Positions 11,656-24,765 are shown, counted from the first letter of the stretch. The stretch is DNA of 64,000 nt from Leucoraja ocellata (GCA_036785375.1 JAWMAR010000030.1:1984001-2048000), one strand, 5' to 3'. Numbers and translations: made by a program. The notes: generated by a model from the sequence alone, not told the origin.

Positions 11656-12577
11656 ATTGCACTGGCAGAGTTTGGACTGTTATTTCAAGGCTGGAATTAC
11701 AGGTGACCAGCACGGAGACTCGATATAAAACTTTGCCTTGTCAAGTCTGAGTAGGAAAGTAAGGCAATTCACAGCATTTCATCCCTTATCAAGTTGATGA
11801 GAAGAATACTCGGTAAAATCAACAAACTCTACTCCAAAATGACCAACAATAACACTGTCTACAAATTGCTTGTAAAAACCCACAGCTGTCTTATTCCATA
11901 TATGAGGTGTCACTTCCCAGCTTCGCAGTGAGGGATCAATTTTGTAGGCAACCAATTCCAAAAATCCTGCACCTCCTGACTGGCAAGCACTCGAAGAACC
12001 ACCAGCGATTGGGTGGTTCGTCGAATCAGACTGGGGTCCTAAAGCAGGGAGCAGGGCTCCCTCCAGTGGCTCAAAGTATAACAGTCAAGTCGTAATGAGT
12101 TCGACAGGTCAGCAAAATGCACATTTCAATAACCACTGTTTAACATGAATGCAAATACTGCTGAGCTTTCTTTGTAAGATCTTGGCTCCCACCTCTGAAC
12201 TCACATTAAGATCAACTTTAGAGCATTAGGCCCTTTGGCTTCATGCCAGTTTTTGAAGGAGCTGACCAATTTACTCGCATACTGCATTCAACGTTTTGAT
12301 TTCATGGCATTTATTACAAGAGAAACTAAAAGATTCAGTACATATGCCAGTAAATTGACTTAGTACCTCTGCTATTGCTATTTTACTCTGGTTATGAGTG
12401 CACACGCTGATCATTCTTTAATAACTCACCCACTGCCAGTTCTTATGGTCCTCATACCCACCATTTTAAACTCTCAGGGCATGTTGGATGACTGGACCAC
12501 TTCACCGACAATACCCACTTCCCTTTGATGAGACTGCTCAGACAGACAGATCAGGGCATACACAAAATTAGTATACT

Positions 12578-12682
12578 CTGGATGCTGAAATGTAGCAGAG
12601 AATGCCTGAAAAAGTAATCTGGCAGCTCACATGGAGAGAAGAACAGAGTTAATGTTTCAGGTCAGGGATCTTTCATCAGAAG
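12578..12682 (-). mobile_element. Old hammerhead-family element
   Basis: Minus strand reads TTCTGATGAAAGATCCCTGACCTGAAACATTAAC. Confidence 0.65.
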
Positions 12683-14397
12683 GTGATTGAACCTTGTTTC
12701 TTTAAAAACCTGAAAATTATAGGAAGGAAGTACAAAAGATAAGAGGTTCCTTTGCTGGGAAATCTTGGAAGAGATTGTGTGTTGAGTCTGAATTTCAGTG
12801 AGAAATACAGGAGAGTGGGAAAGTCAGCTTAAACCCTACATGACTAATGCATGCATAATGCAAAATGACTGAAATAAATGGAAACTTAAAATGTAGGTTA
12901 TTTTTGGAAGAAAAGCTTAACAGTGGCCATAGAGATAAATAAAGATCCCACAGATATTCAAATATAATCAGTAGATCCAGTATTGTAAGGGGAGTTAAGG
13001 ATCAGCAATGTGCACAGGGATGCACAATGAGTTTTTTTAATGTAAACATAGGCCTAGAATATTTTTGTCTTTTACCAATAATAACTGAGGAAATGACAGA
13101 GACCAACTTTAAAACATTGGTTTAATGCACATTGCCATTAAAGAAACATTGGTTACAATATATCTTTAATGTTAACCAAACATTTTACTTTAAGAATGCA
13201 GCTTTCCAATGAGCCATTGATTACAAATGTGTAACCTATATACTGTGACTGGGCATCTTGAGTGTAAAAAAACCCAAGTAGTAAAAATATAGACAACAAC
13301 AGACCTGATATGTGCAGGAATAATTTATTATTAATACCAATTTAGTTGGCATTAATAACACAAATTTGATATATTTGACCAAAAATTAAAACTAAATCAA
13401 AAATACCTGATTTTACCCATTAATTGAAATGGTTCAAAAGGAAGGAAAGACATACTTGAACTAAACCGAAGAATTCAAAATCCCTGTATGTTCTATCTGT
13501 CTCATCTATAATCTTTGCTAAGAACAGGAGACTGGGAAACATGTCGTTTGTTATGCTTAGTTTCCGCTTATCAAGGCCCTGACTGGAAATGGATTTTTCC
13601 ACCTCTGATCTCCCACCCAAGTCATTAACTTAATACGCTGGCCCTTCCTTTCCATCAATCCCCCTGCAAGGATCTATGAGTAGAGGAGAGCAAGCTGTGT
13701 AGATTACAGAAAGATAATGCGCCCTTTGGGAAAGCAGACTGCAGTAGCACCGTTAAATTTACAAGCATTTCAGCAGTTGCAATTAACACTTACTATGCAC
13801 TCCAATTCACTCATTATTTGCTGCATTCATCCTCATTACAGCGTACGGTAATAATGTTAGGGAAATGAACTTTCCTGTGCCATTTTGTGAGCAAGAGGCG
13901 ACGTCAGGTACCTTTCGCTTTGTACAGGACAGTTCAGATGAAGGTCAAAGCTTGTATTAGATTTATTTCCTATTTAAGGGAATATAAAGGATCCCCACCC
14001 AATGCTTTCAAATATGACTTCATAATGTCCAAAGTCTACTAAATATGTTAAACATCAAGCAGATTTAAAGAACATTTGAAGCACGGGGTGAGTAATGAAT
14101 TAATGGTGATGATTAGGTTTATTGATGGTTGACTGTATCTCCTGCAAGGGCATGCTATTGCCAGTGTCAATGATTATCTTATCTCATCAGCCCAACAAGG
14201 CTACGCTAGCTGTCTGAGCAGTCCCATCAATCCTATTCCCCTTCCCTTATTTCCCGTACTTACTCTTATGTGCCAATAACCCAATAACCCCCACCCCCCC
14301 CCCCCAAGTATTCACACCAGGGGATGCAATAATCCAACCAGACAGCAAATATTTGGAATGTGGGAAGAAACACGAGAAACTGAGAAACTTCAACGAT

Positions 14398-14775
14398 TAA
14401 GGGAAGACAATAGAAGTATATAAAATGATGAGAGGCATAGATAGGGTAGACAGTCAGATTTTTTCCCCCATGGTGGTAATGTCCAATTTTAGAGGGATTA
14501 GCTACGTGAGAGGGGGAAAGACTATGGAGATGTGCAGGACATGTTTTTTATTACGCAGAGAGTGGTGGGGGCCTGGAACACATTGACAGTGGTTGTGGTG
14601 GAGGCAGATATGATAGTGGTGTTTAAGAGCTTTTTAGGTCGGCACATGGAAGTGCAAGGAATAGAGGGATATCGATCATGTGTAGTCAGAAGAGATCAGT
14701 TTAACTTGCATCATGTTTGGCACAATCATTGTGGGCCGAAGGGCCTGTCCTGTGCTGTACTGTTCTATGTTCTAA
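14398..14775 (+). mobile_element. CR1 LINE 3' fragment inserted in an old reverse SINE (about 14340-14885)
   Basis: ORF end FFITQRVVGAWNTL..VVEAD...FKSFLGRHM and tail GGGCCGAAGGGCCTGTCCTGTGCTGTACTGTTCTATGTTCTA. Confidence 0.88.
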
Positions 14776-14939
14776 TACCCATGGATCACAGGGAGAATGT
14801 GCAAACTCCAGGCAGCACTTGAACTAAGGATTGAAAACAGAACACTGGAGCTGACAAGACAAGAGGTCTACCTACTCTGCCACAATGCTTCTTCCCTGTG
14901 GCTATTAAACTGTACACCTCCTCCCCCTTCTATCATGGG

Positions 14940-15122
14940 GTCGACTGAGACTGATTCCCAACACCCCCCCTCCCCCCAATCTTTTCATGATCCCCAAGCC
15001 ATTCCCCTTTCCACACGTCATTTTCATTTCATGTTTCATGTATTTTGTGTTTTTATGACTGTTGGCAGATCAATTTCTCTCCTGGGATAAATACATTTCT
15101 ATCATATTGTATCGAATCATAT
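14940..15122 (+). mobile_element. Rex1/Babar-like LINE 3' UTR fragment
   Basis: TTTTATGACTGTTGGCAGATCAATTT..GGGATAAATACATTTCTATC followed by a decayed (TATCG)n-like tail. Confidence 0.5.
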
Positions 15123-15599
15123 CAAAATGGAAGATTTGCTGCGAGTACAATTAGTAGTCTGGTGCAAATTAGGCTAATTAGCTCAAATAAAATCATATCG
15201 GGAGGGGTGGTTGATTAGTGTGGGGTTAGTGTAAATGGGTGGTCGATGGTCAGTGTGGTCTCGGTGGGCTGAAGGATTTGTTTCCATGCTATATCTTTCC
15301 ATTCACTTGATGCTGAACTGTTAATGTACTGGAGGTTAAAATAGGTTTCTCGCAAAATTTACACAGGATCATTGACAAATGTTATTGAAGATAGTTTCTG
15401 GGTAAATAAATAGTTCTTAATGGTGTTGCTTGAAAAGGTGGCTTTGCATTTTAATAACAGGCTGAAAGTGCCTCTCACAGTGTGATTATCGGAGACTTGC
15501 CAGAGTAAATGTTCAGTCTGAATGTGTGGCCAGTCTTGTGGGCAGAGTCACCACATAATGGATGATGGAAACATGATAGGCATTGGATGTAGATTTTGA

Positions 15600-16530
15600 A
15601 CAGAAGAAATATGAGTAGGAGTAGGCCATCAAGCTTGATCCACTATTCATCAAGATATTGGCTGATGTTCCACTTCAGCACCATTTTCTAGCACAGCCCT
15701 CACGTCCCTTAACTCTATCAATCTATGTTTAAAATTAAACTAAGAGAGCATCCACAGCCACATGGGGTGGAGAATATCAATGATTCGTGAAGAAATCCTT
15801 CTCACCTCAGTCATAAACAGCTAAAACCTTTTCTCAAAATGTAGTCCCTGGTATAAGACTCATCAATCAAGGGAAAGGTTCTCTGTGGCCTTTATACATT
15901 TAACATTCTGTGATCTCTCTCTCATTGTTGTAAACAATAAATAATACAGTTCGGTCTACTCAATCACTTCTTATACCAACCCACTTTCACTGGAATCTGC
16001 CCGTTACATCTTTATTGTACACCCTTGGGGCAAGCGAACCCTTTCTTGGTAATGAGATCAAAAGTATACACTCTACCACAGTTAAACCACCAAAGCTTAA
16101 TACAATTGCAATAAAATGTATTTACTCTTGTATGCAATCCCTTTCATTATAAAGGGTTTGATAGAGATGCACAGCCGACCATCTGCCTTCAAACTGCTGG
16201 TTGTACTTGCATGTTGGCTTTCAGTGACATATGTACAGGCCCAGGTCCATTTGTACATCAATACTAACTAACTTTCCGTCACTTTACAAATACTCTGCTG
16301 GTTTATTATGTGCTCCAGTGTGGATGATTTCACATTTTTCCACATCATGTTCAATATGCATTGTTCTCGCCCGCTCAATTGGTTTCCCCATAGTCCCTTG
16401 AATCATTCACTATGCTCACAGTCACACCCCTACTGAGTTTATACTTACGAACCATTACCTTCAAACAAATTCTTAACATAGATTGTAAGTAGCTGGGGCT
16501 TGAGCAGCAATCTCTGCAATACCCCTCCAG
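15600..16530 (-). mobile_element. Old CR1 LINE fragment
   Basis: Starts with reverse tail GAGTAGGAGTAGGCCAT; degenerate CR1 RT-region sequence follows. Confidence 0.65.
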
Positions 16531-17849
16531 ACAATTCCAAATACATGACATCTAATTTTCCTCCCTTATATATTCTACAGGTCATATCTTCCCAGACCTC
16601 TGACAATTAGTCGAATTACTTGCTGCACCTTTGGCTGAAATGTCTCCATTTCTGTTAGACAAACTAATACACCCTAACAGAATCTCCAGGTTGCCATGTT
16701 TAAGTATATACATTTAAAAAAATTTAATGCATTGGTCCCTGTTCCCAATAAGGAAGCTCAAATTCTAAAAGAGTACGTCGGAAACTCCAGTATACAACTA
16801 GTCTTAATTTAGCAATAATTAAAATAAACAACTGTAAATCACAGATAGATAATGCTCAAATGTTATAGACACATTCACGGGTGGCTTCGGTGACTTGATT
16901 TCTCTCATTTCAAAGACAAAATATTAAGTTATAACACTTCGACATGTACATTTATGAAATTAGTAGCCAATCTACTGTTTGAGGCTTGCGATACATTGAT
17001 CGAGTATTCAAATATCACTAAAAAAAAAACCTCACAAAGCATCCCTAGAAAAAAACAGCTTGAAACCTAAAGAGAATCACCTCCTACACAAATGTGCCAT
17101 TCTTCAATTAGTGGTGAATTATTGGCATTACTGTGCTCCAGACTTGTGTCCCAGAGAATCAGATTAAGCGCAAACTCATTTTTCCTGAAACCATAAAAGT
17201 CACTGTCTGAATAAAGCCTTAATATCTGGCCCTTTGCTGTTGATTTATTGTAATGATCACATTTATCATAGAGTATAATTGTCACTATAGAAAAAAAGAG
17301 GATAATAAACACTGTTTAATTGAAGATAGACACTTATATAGAAGATAATTGACACTGGTCACACATTTAGTGGACTCAGCTTTGGGAAACAGGGAAAAGA
17401 CAATGGGACATGTTGAAATGCCACAGATAGTGCAGAGGTGAGAATGACCTCACAACCCAATGAACCAACACACCACTACATGATTGGCAATTGGAGAATG
17501 GGCGTGTGAAAAGTTCAATTCACCTACAACATAGGGTTAAATTCACCAGTTTTGTAGTAATAGCATTGCTCAGGAGCATATTCAGTAAATGATGCCACCA
17601 GATCAATTGTTGAACTTGAATGCTTTTTTTTTGACAAAATATCCAACTGTTGGACAGGGGCAATCTGTGAATATAATTCATTTCTTTAAGCTCCCAGAAA
17701 GCTTTTGGTAATATTCCTGAATATAAATTATTAGCTGAAATTTAGGGAAAATCTTTTGCAAATACACCTGATGCTTGGTCAACTTTCAATTAAAAATTTT
17801 AAACTGCTTAGGTTTTAATAATGTAACATGGCAAAACAATGGTAAAATG

Positions 17850-18155
17850 ACTGCCACAACAGCAGGAGTTCTGAACTGTTGATCCAGAGACATGTGTTTG
17901 AATGCCACAATAGCAACTGGGAGAATTTAAGTTTAATTAATTGAACATAGTTGGAATTAAAGCTAATCTTAGTGGCAGTGACCTTGAAACTACTGGGTGG
18001 TTGCAAAAACTCATCAGCTTCATTAATGTTCCTGAGGGAAGGAAATTAACGATCCTTCCCTGTATTTGATTATATGTAACTCCACATCCAGCGATGTGGA
18101 TGACTCCTTGGTGTGTGACCAATTAGGAATGTAAATATGAAAATAAATGGTGCCG
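17850..18155 (+). mobile_element. Old tRNA-derived SINE with CR1/L2-type tail
   Basis: GATCCAGAGAC..TTTGAATGCCAC..CATTAATGTTCCTGAGGGAAGGAAAT..CAATTAGGAATG..ATAAATGGTGCC; related copies at about 10370-10670 and 55450-56125. Confidence 0.6.
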
Positions 18156-18379
18156 TTTACTGCAACAAGTTAATTTGATAAATGACTAAATAATGCCCTA
18201 TTTCAAAGTACTTCAAGACCTTTAACATTCATCTGAACCTCAAGGGTAAACAAGATGGAGCAGAGTTCATTACCTCATCTGAAGATGTAAGAGCTCCATC
18301 AACATGGCACGGGTCTCGGCAAACACTATGCGTTGGTCCTAGAATAGTTCATTAATACAATGTTTTCTACTCAGTGGTC

Positions 18380-18560
18380 AAAGCTAGAAGCTCATCCGCC
18401 CTTTGACAGGTCTTGTTTATGGTCCTGCTGGGGGTCCACAGCCCCCTCCTCACCTGGCAAACCAGGAGGGGGAGACGGTTTAGTCGCCGACTATCCAACC
18501 ATGGGGCAGGTAGCACGGGATTACATGGTACCCGTGGCGGGGGGAACTCCCCCTGACCTG
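18380..18560 (-). mobile_element. GC-rich hairpin-dense fragment, possibly an RTE-clade 5' UTR
   Basis: Several short inverted repeats in about 130 bp; resemblance to RTE leaders is from memory only. Confidence 0.35.
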
Positions 18561-18565
18561 ACCCA

Positions 18566-19165
18566 ACATACAAGGAATTTGATTTGCCACACAGTCATAC
18601 CAAAAAAAGCAACAAGGCACACAACTACATAAAAATTAACATAAACATCCACCACAGCGCACTGTGATGAAAGACAATAACGTGTTATCTTCTTCCCTCT
18701 TTTCTCCCATGGTCGGGGCAGTCGAACCATCCACATCGGGACGATTGAAGCTCCCGCAGCCGGCGATTCGAAGCTCGCACGATCGGGATGGTCGAAGCTC
18801 CTCCTAACCAAGGGATCGGGAGCTCCACGTTAAGTCCGCAGGATCCCGCGCTTGGAGCTCCCGAAGTCGATCCCTAACCAAGGGACTGCGAGCTCCACGA
18901 TGTTGTCCGCGGGCTCCCGCGGTTGGAATTCCCGAAGTCGATCCCCAGCAAAAGGCCCGCCAGCTCCATGATGTTAGGTCACAGTGCGGACGGAGATACG
19001 ACACGGAAAAAGTCGCATCTCCGTCGAGGAAAGAGATTAAAAAATGTTTCCCCCACCCCCCACATAATACAACACCAAAGATACACTAAAACATACATTT
19101 AACAACGCACTAAAAACAACGAAAGGAGAAAAGGACGAGACAGACTGTTGACGAGGCTGCCATCG
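18566..19165 (-). mobile_element. Non-autonomous CpG-rich retroposon with Rex1-like 3' region and internal 70-bp tandem repeat
   Basis: Minus strand starts GATGGCAGCCTCGTCAACAGTCTGTC and ends TTGGTATGACTGTGTGGCAAATCAAATTCCTTGTATG; repeat units start at 18803, 18873 and 18944. Confidence 0.6.
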
Positions 19166-19810
19166 TACCGGTAAGCCCAGCTAAACAAAAATTATTGGCA
19201 GAGTTATGCGAGCCAGAATGTCAGAGTTGGAATGTTACATTTCGCTCTTGGCTGTAGTTTGGATGTTCATCTATTCGCAACATTTTGGAAATGTAACAAA
19301 GATTTTTGCTATATCTCGCCATTATCATTAACCTCAGTTATGGCATGCCATTCATAAGATGTTGTGTGCATGAAAATGATTAATAAAGGTAGTATGGAAG
19401 AAACTCTGTGACAGTGCAATTCCATTCAGACAATCTGTCTGTTCCATCCAGCAGATGATATACAGGCAACAGCGACATGGATTTTCACCAATTTACTGTA
19501 CTTAACCCCTAGGGGGAGGGAAGTACCGGTAGGGAAACTGCAGAGACATAAACCTCTGAAGATTCATCCTTGTGAAGTTGGCTGACCTCGAGAATATCAA
19601 TCTAAAATTACAAGCTGCATTATTCTTGGCTTGTTTCATTCCAAAGATAGCACTGCACAGTCTACATTATAATCATTACACTATCACACAAATGTCTACT
19701 ATTAATCTAATCCAGGTTGGATTGGTTATGTTAATCAAATAGATGTCTGAGTGTGATCACTGTAAATAACACGCACTGCACAAAATTAGGGATAGAATTT
19801 CCGCACACAC

Positions 19811-19945
19811 AGAGGGGGAGGGGGGTAAGAGGAGGAGGGAGGGGGGAGAGGGGGGGAGTGGGGGTAGAGGTGGGGGTGAAGAGGGAGTGGGGGAGAGGTG
19901 GGGAGATGGGGGAGGGAGGGGGAGTGGGGGGAGGGAGGGGGAGAG
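19811..19945 (+). repeat. G-rich low-complexity purine tract
   Basis: Many G-runs of 3-7 separated by short A/T spacers; no C. Confidence 0.95.
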
Positions 19946-22799
19946 TGTGTGTAATTTCTACTGAAGCTAGTGTTTTTAATTTCTTTCAAAGCTGACGATA
20001 GGCTCTAGAAATTATTTATTGATTCCGTGATAAGGAATAAAGGCACTGCACTCTTTGAAGCTCTGTCTGTTCCTGCTTTGGCACTGGCACAGTTGACTGC
20101 TTGACTGGGATGTGCAGTTCTCATTCCTTCCATCGCTCTCAGTGATGAAGCCACTAGCCAATGCCTGTGTTTGGAATTAAACCAGATTCACAACTGTCCT
20201 CTCTTTCTGTATTTGAAGTCACATTAGAACGACAGGAAAAAAAATGTAAATGCTTACACAAAATCCATTGAACAGAACAAAATGAATTAATGCTTCAAAC
20301 ACGCACAGTATCAGAGATTCTAAGATGCCTGCATCTGTAATGTTAGCATTGTTTCTCTATCTAAATGTCTGTGTTCCAGCAGTGCATTACTAACAAATGT
20401 TGCTTTAATTACCTGCCAACAATTCAACCTCTGCCCGTATAATAAAATATCCAACTTTTCTGCAATTTAAATTAATATGATCAGTCAAATGTAGGATTTT
20501 CCATTTTAATCACTTTTTAAAGGTGGACAAGATAGGCTGAAGGGCCATTTCCGTGCTGTACAGCTCGATGCCTTTATTTCAGGATATACTGTAATAGTAG
20601 ACTTTTTTCATGCGCCTATATTAACTTGCAATGTAATTTATTTAACTTTGGTTTGAATGATGATTGGGCACCACATAGAGTGTCAGGAACAAAAACCCTT
20701 ATGCAATTAATGGAATACATTAATTAAAATGAAAAAAAAAAACATTGGACAAGACAGCTATAGATTGATCCACATCTCACTACGTCTTGTGTCTTGCTGC
20801 TGTTTTGTGATAGAGGCAACAGAGTGCTCAAACGATGTATTTGCACTGAATCTGAATACATCAATGAAGGATGATAATACAAAAAAGTGCAAGACCACAG
20901 ACGGCAAATTGGCCCAAAATACATTAACATGTACATTAACATGTTATGTAAATACTCACAATGCATTTTTTAAATCCCATTAGTAAAGGGAGTCAAATGG
21001 GTTCCAACTAGTCACCTACCAATTAAAAACACCCTACAGTAAACCATTTATTAATACCATAAAATTGTATGTAATGTCTAGAATTTATTTCAAAAGGGAC
21101 AGAATTGATGTTGGGAAGTGTTGCTTACAGCACATATAAGAGCACTTTTACAGCCTTGTCAACATATAATATGAATATAGAGATAGGGAGAGGGCACAGA
21201 GAGATTTACATTACTATCAGAAAATCAAGGTATGCATATCAGGAAAGGATGAACAGACTGGGTCTCTTCTCTTGAGGAGATATCCAAGGATGGCTTAATG
21301 GCAGTTAAAAGCATTAAATGGTTAAGGTTGTGGAAATGTGCTGTCTGGGTGTCAGTACCGAGGGGTGGAGGGATGTGATGGCCAGCATCCGTAGTCCCAG
21401 AGTCTTCAGGAATTCAGTCAAGTGGTGATGGTGACTGGAACTCCTGAAGGTTGTATCACACACAGACATTCCAGTGGTGCAGAGCAATCTGGAAATCGTT
21501 ATTATCACATTTTACTGCAGAAACTTTTTCAATTGTATAATTGCATAATTGTAATTAATTTCTCATGCAATCCTTTCTTGCTCAAAGGATTGGTCCAAAA
21601 GATCATCCATCAAAATCCCTATTTCCCTCCAAATTAAATGAAAGACACTTATTCTGTTTTCATAGCAAACCACTCTTGAGATATCACCATTTTAATTTGG
21701 ACTGACCTTTACTTTTTCCATGTTTATTGCTAGATTTCATTTATTGGGATTAATGGGGTGTTAATAGTTTTGATGTTTGCTTCAGTGGGTTTAACTCCTC
21801 CATCAATCACCAGGATCAAATGTTTTACAATCAGAAATTGCAGACTTTGAAATTCCATCAACGGACCCAGTAACATTCAAACATGAAATTAATAATATTT
21901 GTATTAATATATCCTAGATAGGATAGAAACTGTTGAAATGTACTTCTGCGTTGTGATCAGGTTTCCTTGTACCAGGGACTAACTTCTGCATTCAGTTAAC
22001 ACTTACTGCCATTTCACACCCACTGTCACCTGCAACCATATATTGTAAGAGACCTGACCTCAGGGACAGGAATCTGCAACATGAACCAATTTTGAGGAAT
22101 AATCAGAGCCTATTTCTTTCCTGTGGCAGATTCTGTCCGATTCTGTTTTTATTCATTGGACCTCTGCGACCATTGACTTATTCTTAGGAACAACAACTGT
22201 GGCACAGAAACTCAGTCGCCTTGGCTACAATATACAAAGGTTCTGCTGGACCCTGATATTGCTAACTTCAGATTCCATAAGATTCCAGGATTTTTTGTCT
22301 GATTTAAGAACTGTCTTCCACAGGTTCTTTCATTTAGAGCAGAAATAAGAACATGAAAATTAAGTGGAAGATTCACTGTTTATCTTACACAGGCAACAAC
22401 AAAGGAGGCGATGCAAGCCCATTAAGTCCATGCTGGCTCATTGGGAGAAATCCCATTCCACCTCTCCAGCTATTTATTCTAAGAGGCTTCATAATGTACG
22501 ACATGGATACAGATACACATTATCTTGCAGACCGCAAGTTGCCGAATGATATCACAGACACACTGACATTAGAGTCATAGAGTGATACAGTGTGGAAAGA
22601 GGCCCTTCAGCCCAACTTGCCCACACAATTGACACCACAAATATACACAACTTTTTTTTTTAATCATTTGGGTTTGCCCACTTTCCCCAATAAAACCTAT
22701 CTCTGACTGGGTATAAAATTATGCCTATTGGAAATAATTTCTTGGATACAAACATTTATCTTGCTACTATGAGAAGCAATTGTCTTATTTCAGCCCTAA

Positions 22800-23016
22800 A
22801 GGGCCTGTCCCACTTTCACAACCTAATTCACGACCTCTGCTGAGTTTGCCCTTGACTCATACTCGCAGCATGGTGGTCACGAGGTCGTAGGTCGGTCGTG
22901 ATGCTAGTCATAGGTACTCGTGGCATCAAGTAGGTTGGGGTGTTTTTTCAACATGATGAAAAATGTCCACGAGTAAAAAAGGTGGTGAATTAGATCGTGA
23001 AAGTGGGACAAGTCAT
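22800..23016. mobile_element. MITE, PIF/Harbinger-like
   Basis: Termini AGGGCCTGTCCCACTTTCAC / GTGAAAGTGGGACAAGTCAT; TAA on both flanks (22797-22799, 23017-23019). Confidence 0.8.
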
Positions 23017-23789
23017 TAACCCTGTAATCTGCAGGCACTTCACTTAATTATTATATGCTTGCAATGACAGCGATCGGGTTTAGCATCCTAGAGTCTGGTA
23101 CCGTACAATATGCACAGCATACAAATCAGATTAGAAACCACTCAACCCAGATTGTGCTTTAATAATTTAAAAAATAGGAAAAATAAATAAACAGCACTCC
23201 ATTCTTCCCACGGAGCAGATGCTGTTTATTTCATTTTGTTATTTTGATGAACGACATCTCACACACACATCAGAAAACAATATATATATATTTTTTAATT
23301 GCCCTGTAACCAGTCGATGACCTTTCACCACTTCATGGCATAATCCATTGTCATAGCTATTAAATCCCTTTACATCCTAGAAGATGATCAAGTGGCCAGC
23401 TGCTGCTACACTAGCTTTTGCATCTTGCACATTCAGTAGCTTGTGTTGTTACTGCAGAGCTTACTGACTAAATATAACACAGATGGAGGCCATTCTGCCC
23501 ATTGTGTTAATGTTACCTCCAAAAGCAATACTAGCAGTCCTATTCTCCCCTCCTGATTTTCTGCTAAACCTCGTTCATGCCCACCAACTCCATTCTATTT
23601 TGCCACTTACCTCTACAAACAGTCAATTTGATTATCAGCATGTCTTTGTGGACAAAAATACTGGATTGCCCCTGAGGAAATTCATGCAGTAATGAGGAAG
23701 TCATATACATTTCACATAGAAAGCATTTTACGTCTGAACTTAGCCAGTGCTCCTGAAATTGTGAAACAACTCCACACAGCTGAACACTT

Positions 23790-24765
23790 TAGATTCAGAT
23801 TTAGATGTCTAATGTCAGATTGCAATGAAATTCCTTGTTCACATGAAGCTCATACAGTAAACAGTATACGATAAATACTACATTAAATACGACGGGAGCG
23901 AAACCATAGAATAATGCAAGATTGTAATGAAAAATCCAAGTCATGCAAAGAAAATTCAAGTACAATAAAATAATAATTGGATGAAATGGAGTTGAAAGTA
24001 AGAGTGTGTGGCAGCACATCCAGCAATGAGGTGTGAAAGAGGTGACTGGTTCAGGAGGTGAATTACAGTGGATATCTGGACTATCAAGCTCCTGTACCTT
24101 CTCCAAGAAAGTAGAGAGGAAAGCAAGTGGCCTGGGTAGCTGTCTTCCTTGACGATACTTCCAGCCTCCCTGGTGCAATGCCCGATGAAGATGGACAGGA
24201 TGGAATGAAATGACAGACCTGTGATGGATTGGACATTGTTCACCAAGCTCTGCAGATTCTGGCAGCTAAGAGCTGAGCAATTGTCATGCCAGGCTGAGAT
24301 GCATCCCATCAGAATACGTTCTGAAGAGGTTCAAGAAAATGCCGCAATGCTGGATCCTCTCAATCGCCTGAGACAGTAAATATACTGTTGAGCTTTTTTG
24401 ATTGTTGAATCAGTGTGAAGGAAGCAGGATACGTTACTGGTGATGTGGGTGCCTAGGAACTTGATGTTTTTGACCATATCTACAGTAGCTTCATCGATGA
24501 GGGCAAAGTTGTGTTTCTTGCAGACCATCCCCCACAGCCAGCCCTTCTTCCTCAGGTCAACAACTAACTCGTTCATACTGCTGATACTCCAGGAGGTTCT
24601 GTGCTTGGCCACACAGTCATGGGTGTAGAAGGAGTAGAGCAAGGGACTGGGCACACATCCCTGAGGGTGAAGGTAATGCTACAACCAATTCTAATCAACA
24701 GATGCAGACCAAGTCCAAGGTCCAGAAGTTCAGGAATAAGGTTAAGAGGTATTATGGTCAATGAA
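23790..24765 (-). mobile_element. Rex1/Babar LINE RT-to-3' fragment
   Basis: Minus-strand ORFs give PLLYSFYTHDCVA, ELVVDLRK, KFLGTHITSN, IKKAQQYIYCLRRLR and GCISAWHDNCS. Confidence 0.88.

Noticed and set aside
13457-13518. Possible 62-bp minus-strand exon (AKIIDETDRTYRDFEFFGLVQ)
   Set aside because: Plausible splice signals, but short and unrecognised; expected by chance in 64 kb
19753-19995. Gly/Arg-rich and Pro/His-rich ORFs
   Set aside because: Translations of the low-complexity G tract
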